From: Diplonema japonicum
Lineage: Eukaryota > Protista > Euglenozoa: Diplonemea
DNA: 64,000 nucleotides
Reading direction: 5' to 3'
Assembly (NCBI GenBank): GCA_964019335.1
Contig: OZ025685.1
Coordinates: forward strand, 186,001-250,000
The position numbers and the translations under genes were made by a program. Shown here piece by piece: positions 55,132 through 64,000 of the stretch. Position 1 is the stretch's first letter. Each line of letters opens with the position of its first letter. The notes under the pieces were generated by a model, which saw only the letters and a program-made list of their open reading frames with translations, made no database searches and was not told the DNA's origin.

Positions 55132-56448
55132 ATGAATGCTGAAGACGAGAGCGCAGTTAAGATACAATGTGCTATGAGGCAAGCAAAGGCGAGAAAAGCC
55201 TTGGAAGAGAAGAAGAAGAACCCTTCGGTGGCGGCGAGGAATTGGAAGGAGGTGGATAAATCGGGGGACCCAACCCTGCGGGATCGTTTGTTGGAACTCG
55301 ACCGGGTTAGAGCAAAGTACACCGAGCAAGCCAAAACCATCGTGAAGGAAAAGGGAAACATCATGAAGCTCAAGCTACAGGAGAAGAAGGAGGTCGTCCG
55401 AGCAGAAATCGAAACATTCGCAGAGAAAAAAATCTCAAAGGGAATACAACACGCAAAACAATCCGCGGTCACCGCAGCTGTGGATCCCTTCATGCCAGTC
55501 CGTCTGCAAAAATGGATAGAAAGCGCTATTTCAACAATCTGGCCTGACATAGAAGAAGAGCTCACTCTGACCATTATGTCGCTTATCCGCCGACCTGTAG
55601 ATCCGGTGGAAGAATCTACCTCACCATGTTGCCTCATTGCAAGCTCTAGATACTTCTTATTCCCTTATGACAAATCTTCATGGAAACAGCTGAGATCGCC
55701 GTTGTTCATCTTGTATAAGTTAATCACGCTGGTCCCTGTGTACGGTATCCCGCAAATTGTATATTTTCTCCATCTGTTGATTATAGACAGGACTGATGAA
55801 TACCAGCTGATCACATACATACTGTCCTTCAAGGCGTTGATGTTTGTTACACTTGGTGTCGTTGGGATGGCGGTGGCTGCAATTCAGTATTACATTTGTT
55901 TTCAAGAAATATCCGGTCAGGATGAAAAACCGATTTGTTCTGAAACGGCGCCGCGGGAGGCGATATTTGTGTTGGGGTTGTTTGCGTTGCAGGTGGTAAT
56001 GGTGTGGGTGGCGTTCTGGTGCTTGAAAACAGCGCAGCGAAAAGGAGGTGATCTCTACCACCAGCGAAGCAACCAAAACCCCGAAGGTCTCGACACCCAT
56101 CGTCTTCAGCAAGAAAAAGCCACGCGGGATCGCCTTCAATTCTGGCTCATCTATGATGTAATTTGCTTTGTTATCTGTCTCGCTTTGGTCATCGTGTGCG
56201 CGTTCGTGGGCCCCAACACCCAGCATGGTAGAGTCACTCGAGAGGGATGGACCCATTGGCGTTTTGAGGCGGCGCTGTACATGGTGAAGTGTCTGTACGG
56301 GCTGCTTTCGTTTCCGTTCATCTTCTTGAAATTCCCGGTTGTTTCCGTGTTGCTGACGCATTCCCGGCCTACTGGTTACCTCCCGAATGGGCAGTGCGTG
56401 CCATTTAAGGGCAATATTGGTATTTTTTTTTTTTTTTTTTTTCTGGGG

Positions 56449-56485
<37 letters not shown>

Positions 56486-56591
56486 AGATGAAGAAAACAA
56501 AACAGAAGATGAAGAGACGTTGGTAGACAGTGAAAACACCATTCCCGACAACGGCTTGTGGGCAAGACCTGCTGCGCCATTGCCAAAGTAA
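55132..56591 (+). CDS. IQ-motif multi-pass membrane protein; probable exons 55132-56419, 56527-56591
   Basis: AVKIQCAMRQAKAR IQ motif; several hydrophobic helices; GTATTT..TAG intron removes the poly(T)/poly(A) tract. 3' end uncertain. Confidence 0.75.
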
Positions 56592-56807
56592 AAGAAAAAG
56601 AAAAAAATACACGATTTATCCCCTCCCCGTCCCATATGAGGAGAAAGGAAGACTTCGCTCTGCAGCACCTGTTAAGAGTGATCCTTTTTTCCTTTTTTGT
56701 CTAAAAACAAAACCATCCATTCTTTATTTAGTTAGTCCACCCCCTTCCTCCCCATTATCGTCCTTTTCCTTCACAACCCCACAAACAACAGGAGGGCCAG
56801 ATAAAGT

Positions 56808-59800
56808 ATGACCGCCAGAGTACTAACAGGTTTGTTCCTGTTGGTGGGCGTTCTGCTCCCGAATGCGGGGCACAGCGGTGGGGGTGTTGGCGCGATCGAC
56901 TTCTCGCAATGGAAGAGTTGCAAAGAGTGCATAGCAGCGGGGTACGGGTGGTGCCCTATCAGAAGGACGTGCGGTGGGTTTGCAAACTCAGAATGCGGTG
57001 AAGGAGAGAGGTACTTCGCAGAGGACGCAACCAAAAAGAAGAAGAAGAAGAAGAAGACAAAACTTGTAAAGGACGCACAACTCCCTGACGTGATCCCTCT
57101 TGTGGACTCAAACTTCACTGCTGCAGTAGAATCCTCTGACTCCATCTGGTTAGTTGAATTCTACGCACCATGGTGTGGGCACTGCAAAGCCCTTGCTCCC
57201 GAGTACCTCAAAGCCGCCAAGGCGCTCCGTGGCATCGTCCGCCTCGCTTCCGTAGATGCCGATTCTCAGCTCTCTCTCGCTTCTCGCTTCGATATCTCCT
57301 CTTACCCTACCCTCCTCTCCTTTTCCCAGGACAAGAAATCCCCCGTTCCTTACACAGGGCAGCGTACCTCTGAAGGTATCGTATCCTGGGCGCGAGGTCA
57401 TATCGAAGAATTGTTAACCACCCAAGCTGGCGTCCCAATTACAGAGACAGTCAAGACGGAGGAAGTTGTTACGCCAGACCCGGAGCCCGAACCGGAAAAG
57501 GAACCGGAGGTGGAGAACGAGGTCAAGGAGGAGAAGAAAAAGAAGAAAAAGAAGAAGAAGAAGAAGAAGAAGGCGAAGAAGGCGAAAGGGTTCGCACCAG
57601 GAACCGGTGAATTTGTCGAGACAGTGAGCAAGGCTAGTCTGGCGCACAAGGGAGCCGACGATGCATGGATGGTGCATGTTTACGAGAAGGAATCTGAATC
57701 TTGCAGCAAGCTCGCCGAGGCGTTGGACGCAGCAGCCACTTCGGCAAGAGGCTTGGTATTTCTTCTTTTACACACACACACACACACACACAGGCATTCT
57801 TCGGTGCGATCGATGGCTCGAACACTGCCAAGCTCCCCGAAGGGCTTAGCCCCGGCTTTGCTTACATCTACCCTCCAGGGTCATCAACGCCTGTGAAATA
57901 TGAGGGGGGACTAGACGTTGCTGAGATCGTTGGGGCAATGAGGCAGTACCTTGTGCAGGTGGATACGGTAAGGAGTTAAAAATCTTAAAAAATAATAACC
58001 CCTAAACGCCCGGAGCCTATCTACGGTACCCCCCCCCATTTTCGTTGTTGCTTTAAATACTCAAAAAAAGGGCAGCATGCAACCATAGGAAGGTTGCAAG
58101 GAAAGGGTAAACGGTACTAAAATTTTCAATTCCAGGTGCCAGATTCAGATGAGAACACTTAACTATGTGTGTAAGAGGGGGGTTGAGGGTGTACTTTTTA
58201 TGTCCGATTTTGGGGGGTCTTGTCGTGGGGGGTCCGTGAGTTATGGCTGGGCTAAAAAGGGCAGCATTCAGCCCTATTTGGTGCCCTGAACTCTAGGATT
58301 GAGGTCAGTCTGGAGACTTTTTGGGGCTGTGGGATGAAAAAAAGCAACTTGTGAGTTTTTTTTCCAGCTGGGGTAGCATGCAAGGGTAAAAAACACGTTT
58401 TGCATAAGGGGGTTTTGCAACAGGGGCACCACGTTTGCACCTTCTTCCCGCACCCAGGAACAGCACAGAGCACCCTCCTCACCTTCGTTCCGTTCATCAT
58501 GGTCTCGGAGGTGTGATTTAAGGTCAAATCGAGACGTTTTGGGTATTTCTGAGTGAGGGAATCCTCATTGCTAGCGTGTTTGCGCTTGGGGGTCGGTGAC
58601 GGTGTTGTCGGGGGGTGTGTGCTATCGGTTTTTGGGGCATGGGTGGGAAGCTTGCCAACAAGTTCTTCTTTGAGCTCGGGAAGCCATAATTTTTGCCACA
58701 TTCCCTGCTCTTCTTCCAGATTATGGAGGAGTTGGCAACACAGCTTTCCAGGACCCAATAAAAAACAACCATGGTCCACTTCCGGGTTTTCATATGCCGA
58801 ACTCCAGTCCCCTGGAGCTGGTCTTGCCGGTCAGGGGTCGACAGCAAACCCTTAGGAGTCGACAGTACGCATGACTAGGTCCTGTGTTGTGGACTTGCTG
58901 AAAATGTTGAAATTCGCCAGGTAACCGGTTTATGAGTCGCATGTAGCGATTACCTTGATGCCCACCGAGTTGTTTTTTCGTGGTGCCATGACTTTTATTG
59001 TTGTCGGGATAACACTGTCGTCAACAGACAACCACTTGCCAGGGGTCCGCACAGTCCTACACCGGTTGACAATGATGTCAAGAAACCTGCGCATGAGGTG
59101 CAGTTTCAGGCCTTACTGATGTTTTCCAGGTTGTCAAAGGTGAGGTAGCGCTGTATGTCAACGAATCGGTTTGCTCATTTTCTCAAAAGCCGGGATGGCT
59201 AAAATAGAATCTGTCCAGTAGCTTTTCATATTCGGTGCCGGGCGTAAACCCATTAACAGGACCAACCCAAGCCAAATTTTGTACTCTGGGAAAGATTCAG
59301 ATTCCGCTGTTTTCTTGAACCGAAACGACCGTTCGTGGAAGAAACTATCAGCTCAAGTACCGCGTGTGTAAAAAAAAAAAAGATTAAAAACACCCTCCTC
59401 ATTGGCTGCTTCACCTAGAGGTGTCCAAAGCCCACCTTTTCACGGAAATGATATGTTTCAGGCCTTTGGGAGTATTTCTCCCACCCAAGCATCGTTTCCG
59501 GCCCCTCTTTGACCGCCTCATCGTCTTTTTCTTCTTTATCTGACCAGTCGGGGGAGACTCACGTTTTCGCTGCTATTTTGACTATCTGATTTCATTTTAA
59601 GCCAACCCTGCCGGTTTCAATTAAAACAAAACTTTTAACGCAAAATGTAGTTTCAAGACAAAATAAACCGCGCAACAATGCCATATTTTGAAGTCCAGGG
59701 GCCGTGTTCAAAAAAAAGTACTTGGAGAAAAAGCAAATTTTGAAATAAGGACAAAAACGTCCGCGCGGGCGTTTAGGGGATTTAAAAAAAAAAAAAAAAA

Positions 59801-60272
59801 AAGGTGAACGAATTGGTCAATGAGGCCGTTCTTGCAAACTGTGTCAGCAACGAGCAGAGGCTTTGCGTGGTCGCCGTTCTGCCGCATTTGGTATGAGAAG
59901 GGAGGGAAGGAAACAGAAGAAGAAAAAAAAAAAAAAAAATAGACGGACATTAAAACCCCGAGGAGCGATGTGCTAGATGTACTCAAGACAGCAGCAAACC
60001 TCGTCCCCACCTTGGCCTCGTTCACGTGGGTTGGGTTCGGATCCCAGCCAGGGCTCGAAGCCGCACTGGAGGTCCACACCCCGAACTCCCTTGTGTTTTT
60101 GAACCCCGACACGAAGAAGGCGTCGCTCTACACCCTACCTGAGGGGTTCGATGTGGACCATGTGGTGGCAAAGGTCCTTTCAGACACCCCTTTGGAATCT
60201 CCTATGTCGTACAGGTCCATTCCTGTGCGGGAGACAGAAAAATGGGATGGTGGTCAGTTCAAGTACCCGTGA
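56808..60272 (+). CDS. Protein disulfide isomerase, PDIA6/P5-like; exons 56808-57755, 57794-57967, 59804-59890, 59943-60272
   Basis: Signal peptide, WLVEFYAPWCGHCK, inactive second Trx domain, LCVVAVLPHL and EKWDG as in P5; three phase-0 introns keep the frame. Confidence 0.85.
57999..59779 (-). mobile_element. Degenerate piggyBac element in PDI intron 2
   Basis: 13-bp TIR CCCCTAAACGCCC/GGGCGTTTAGGGG with TTAA-like flanks; minus-strand remnants PGKWLSVDDSVI, GIK..CDS.TGY, RKWTMVVFYWVLESCVANS and a Cys-rich tail. Confidence 0.9.
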
Positions 60273-60445
60273 GTGCCCCCCCCCCCCCCCCCCCCCCCCT
60301 TATTCCATTTTTCTCTTTTTTTAACAAAAGCAGTGTTCCACCCACCCCTTGTTTTTTTTAAAAAAAAATAAATTGTCTTGTGTGTCTGAATCGTCATAAC
60401 CCGTTTTCACAGAGCCCAAGCTGGGAGGGGAGGGGGAAGGAGGAA

Positions 60446-60970
60446 ATGGATGCTGGAAATGTAATATGTCCTATGGCAGAGATAGACGGCGGGGGCAAGG
60501 TGACCATGGGTATGGGTAACGTGGTCCATCCGTTGGTGAAGATCAAGGCGGGGCAGGGCAAGATCGTGATAGGGAGCGGCAACAATTTTGAAGAGTTTTG
60601 CGAGATCCGCAACGTGGCAGAATGGGACGGCCACGGCGAGCCCCCCGTCATGACGATAGGCGACGGTAACACCTTCGAGGCCGGCTCCATCATCCACAGC
60701 AGCAGCATTGGATCTCATAACACAATACGCAGCAAGGCCGTTCTTCTCCCTGCCTCCAAGCTATCCGATTTCTGCACGATTCTCCCCAAAAGAAGTGTGG
60801 GTCCTGGTATTGAGCTCCCCCCAAACACCTCAGTCTACGGCCCCAACGGGGAAATACGTGTGAAAGAGGCGGAACAAACACCTGATCCTGAGCATGCCTT
60901 GACGTTGGAGTGCCTGAGGCAGACGCTGCCTAATTTCCACGAAGTGTCTACCGGTGTCGATACAGCGTGA
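60446..60970 (+). CDS. DCTN6: Dynactin subunit 6 (p27)
   Basis: Left-handed beta-helix GNVVHP..KIVIGSGNNFEE..MTIGDGNTFEAG..IGSHN; tail L..TLPNFH. Confidence 0.85.
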   Translation: MDAGNVICPMAEIDGGGKVTMGMGNVVHPLVKIKAGQGKIVIGSGNNFEEFCEIRNVAEWDGHGEPPVMTIGDGNTFEAGSIIHSSSIGSHNTIRSKAVLLPASKLSDFCTILPKRSVGPGIELPPNTSVYGPNGEIRVKEAEQTPDPEHALTLECLRQTLPNFHEVSTGVDTA

Positions 60971-61163
60971 ATGCTCGCTTTTGATCGGAGGATGACCGAA
61001 CGTGGAGCGCAATAAATGAAGGAAAGGGAGAAGAGAGGGGGGAAAAAAATGCATTTTCCTTTTTTTTTTGTGCGTTTTTTTTTTTTTTTTTTTTTTCGGT
61101 GCTCACCAGCGCTTCAGGTTTTTCTAAAACAAGAGAGAAAAAAAAAAAAAAAGAAAGAAGAAA

Positions 61164-62243
61164 ATGCGCGCCATATCTTCGATTCTTCTTCTTGTCCTGA
61201 GCGCTGTGCCTCTGCATGCTGTCGAGACGCAAGATGACCCTGTTCGCGGTGGGGGTTCGGGCCCCGTGGTCAACGCCCCTGGGTCTGATAGCTTCTGCAA
61301 GCCGTCTGCACCGTGTCCCGAGAATGTGGGCGACTGCGACGACGACGCGGACTGCCAAGGGCCGTTGGGGTGCGGCTTCGATAACTGCTTAAGACTGAAC
61401 GGGGGACCACCGTACACAGCAGGCCAGGACTGCTGCGAGCCGAGAGCAATAGGTCACTTCGACTACTGTTCATCAGGAGGATGCCAAGAAGGCGAAGGCG
61501 ACTGCGAAGACGGAGAATGCGCTGCCGGCCTGGTGTGCGGTGTCGACAACTGCCGCACCATGAACCCGCTCATCGCAGACAAAATCTCACCAGGCGCAGA
61601 CTGCTGTGAGAAACCCCAACAAGGCCACCCACTGTACTGCACAATAAACAAATGCTCTGCAGGTGAAGGGAACTGCAACAACGACATGCAATGCCAGCCA
61701 GGACTGACTTGCAGCCCTTCACACTGCACACAAGGCACAGGGTCATGCTGTGGATGTGCACACCCTGGGGGTGTGGTGTCGGACTCAAACAACGCTTTAT
61801 CACCGCAAACTATGTCCACTGTCACCAACCCACCTGTGCAGCTAGCAGGAGGTGTCATGTTTGGATCAACAACCACTGTTGCTGCTGGCACTGAGCTGTC
61901 CTTGAGTTGTTGTTCTGCGGGAGGGTGTTCTTTTTATATTATCGTTTACCACTGCCCGCCTTGTTCGGTTGGTGCTAATGGGGGTTTGACGGAGGCTCTT
62001 GTATCGTCTGGGTGGCGTCCTGGGTCGTGCTCCCCGTTGTTTGATGGGCATCGGACAGTGGCCTATTTCAAGTCGTTGGCTTCGGGGAGTTCTGAAGCTC
62101 ACACTCTATCTACTCCGGCTAACTTTCTCTTTGTTGTGTCGAAGCCCGCCGTTCTTTCCGACAATGAATGGTGCCGAGAACCCTCCTTCCGCCCCCGAGG
62201 CCCGCATATCGTCACAGACAGGTCTTGTGCGGTGTGTCCTTAA
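61164..62243 (+). CDS. Secreted cysteine-rich repeat protein
   Basis: Signal peptide; three C..(E)G(D/N)C..C..GL.C..(DNC)..CC modules; C-terminal CPPCS..NGG..GW.PGSCSP.F domain. Confidence 0.85.
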   Translation: MRAISSILLLVLSAVPLHAVETQDDPVRGGGSGPVVNAPGSDSFCKPSAPCPENVGDCDDDADCQGPLGCGFDNCLRLNGGPPYTAGQDCCEPRAIGHFDYCSSGGCQEGEGDCEDGECAAGLVCGVDNCRTMNPLIADKISPGADCCEKPQQGHPLYCTINKCSAGEGNCNNDMQCQPGLTCSPSHCTQGTGSCCGCAHPGGVVSDSNNALSPQTMSTVTNPPVQLAGGVMFGSTTTVAAGTELSLSCCSAGGCSFYIIVYHCPPCSVGANGGLTEALVSSGWRPGSCSPLFDGHRTVAYFKSLASGSSEAHTLSTPANFLFVVSKPAVLSDNEWCREPSFRPRGPHIVTDRSCAVCP

Positions 62244-63457
62244 GAGAGCTTAGTTTTTTTTTTTTTTTTTTTTTTTTTCTTTTTTTTTTTGTTGGCCGCT
62301 GAGTGTACTCACAGCTTTTTTTTTTCTCCCCTTCCCAGCTACCACCCCGCAGGGATACACTGGCGGAAATGGAAATGAAATGAAATAAAAAATAAATAAA
62401 ATAATAAAAAAAAGAAAAGAAAAGGTTCTACATTTCCTGCCCTCTGCTCAGTGTTCTCCTGGTTAAACACTTTATTTTACACTTCTAAAAAGCTAAAAAA
62501 AGAAAAAGAAGAAGAAGAAAAAAAAAAAAAAAAAAAAAAAAAAAGGAAAAAACAGAAAGAAGGACAATGTCCTTGCGTTCGCAACTTTTTTTATATTTAA
62601 AGTTAAGGCTTACCGGTCGTACGATCCCTTTCTTAGTTTTTTTTTTTTTTTTTTTTATATTTTCTATTCTTTTTTTTAAAGTGAGAGGGGACCATGTGGT
62701 TTGCCTTCTCACGGATACGGGGGGAAGGCAAGTGGGCGCACTGTGGTGTCTAGTATTACTAACTACCCAATCTCATGTGTTTTAACCGGGGGGGGGGGGG
62801 GGGGGGGGGGGGGGTCATAAGGGGGTCGTTATTTGCCCTTTTTCAGGCTCTTCGCCAAGGGCATTTTGGGCCCTTAAAAAAACTGTAACCACCCCAAAAG
62901 TGCCCACAAATCACCCAAACCCCCGTTTCCCGATGGTTTCCGGCCCCAGAAGTGCCCAGAATCATGTTCTAATTTTGGGGCCCCCGTTTGGTACTTCCCT
63001 ATGTAATCCTAGGGGCCCCTATTTATGTTCCCTAGGATTACATAGGGAACATAAAATAGGGGTAACAAAGATCTTCTTCCCCCCCCCCCCCCCTTCTATT
63101 TACACGTATTTTGTCCCCCCCCCTTTCCCTTGTGTAACATGGGGGAGTGGCCTTTTGAAACTCGAAAAGAAAAAAATGAAACAATAAGAAACCCCCCCTT
63201 TTTTTCTCGTCCGCTTGCGGTGACCGGAGCAGGACCCCCCCCCCTCCCCCTCAATAAACAGGGAAGGAGCCATCACGAAGCGCTGCTCAACTTTACAACT
63301 AAAGTAGACAGAATCGTAGAGGGGAAGACGCGAAGCTTATTGTCTTTGGGTTTTTATTTGCCCTGGTGAGCTTTACCCTATTGGAGACCTCCTTGTCGTA
63401 ATAGGCAATCAGCGAGATTCGAGAGGTGATGGTTCCTACCCCCCCCCCCCCCCCCCC

Positions 63458-63542
63458 TAGGGCTACGTTGTCGGCGTACGGCCGAACGTACGCCGTACGC
63501 ACTTTTTCAGATTTTGCTGCGTACGCGTACGCCGTAGCCCTA
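63458..63542. mobile_element. 85-bp hAT-like MITE
   Basis: TIR TAGGGCTACG/CGTAGCCCTA, C8 on both sides as an 8-bp TSD, internal CGTACG repeats. Confidence 0.6.
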
Positions 63543-63695
63543 CCCCCCCCGCCCCCTCTTTTAGCCAGCTTACGAATCGAGCATTATTATTGTTTTTTTT
63601 TTTTTTTTTTTCTTTACCTGGTGGCTAAACTGATCTTAAAAACCTTCTTTTTTTTCTTTCTTTTTTTTTTCCTCACCTTATGTTCGAAACCACGA

Positions 63696-63726
<31 letters not shown>

Positions 63727-64000
63727 AAATGATAAAAGAGTCACTTCCCCCCCCCCCCTTCAAATTTACACCACCCCTCTCTTTTTCTGTTTACCTGTTT
63801 TTTTTTTTTTTTTAAACATAATTTTTCAATATCCTGGGGAGGGAGGGTAGGGGGGACAAAAAAAATGCATCAGCTGTCGTCACCTGCAATTATGTCCCCT
63901 ACACTCTCAGGTAAAGAATGGGCGCTCAAACCAACATTCACCGCGGAAGGGAAAACACTGATGGTTTGGGAGACGGAGGGCGTCGAAAAAGAAGACATAA

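Overview
Gene-dense eukaryotic DNA, most consistent with a euglenozoan protist (diplemonid/diplonemid-like; this is an inference). About 24 host protein genes all lie on the + strand, separated by homopolymer-rich spacers and interrupted by about 20 GT-AG introns, mostly 38-68 nt. Genes: a 5'-truncated PIWI-clade Argonaute with a degenerate catalytic tetrad, a J-domain protein, kinesin-14, SMG9, a Pro/Thr mucin-like membrane protein, a SpoU methyltransferase, a clathrin-heavy-chain terminal-domain/NEK-like kinase fusion, a coiled-coil CH/EF-hand-like protein, an RRM/RD-repeat protein, FAM192A, a FYVE-F-box-pseudokinase, WDR11, a WD40 protein, three near-identical 85-aa ORFs, a C1orf109-like protein, an ankyrin protein, sterol C14-reductase, an S53 peptidase, an IQ-membrane protein, a PDIA6-like PDI, DCTN6 and a secreted Cys-rich protein. 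Four tRNA genes (2x Gln-CUG head-to-head, Arg-CCU, Leu-UAG). Mobile DNA: an intact Ingi-like LINE (structured leader, 2A peptide, APE-RT-RNase H) between two tRNA genes, a 5'-truncated second LINE, a Crypton-like relic and a piggyBac relic each inside an intron, a pogo/Tc2-like relic and small MITE-like elements. Best novelty candidates: the clathrin-propeller kinase; the LINE with an open-frame structured leader plus 2A at tRNA genes; the ATG-to-stop triplicated micro-ORF; poly(A)-acceptor mini-introns; the slicer-dead PIWI; and structured tRNA-adjacent non-coding segments. All homology calls come from motif recognition by eye, not from database searches, and exon boundaries are predictions.
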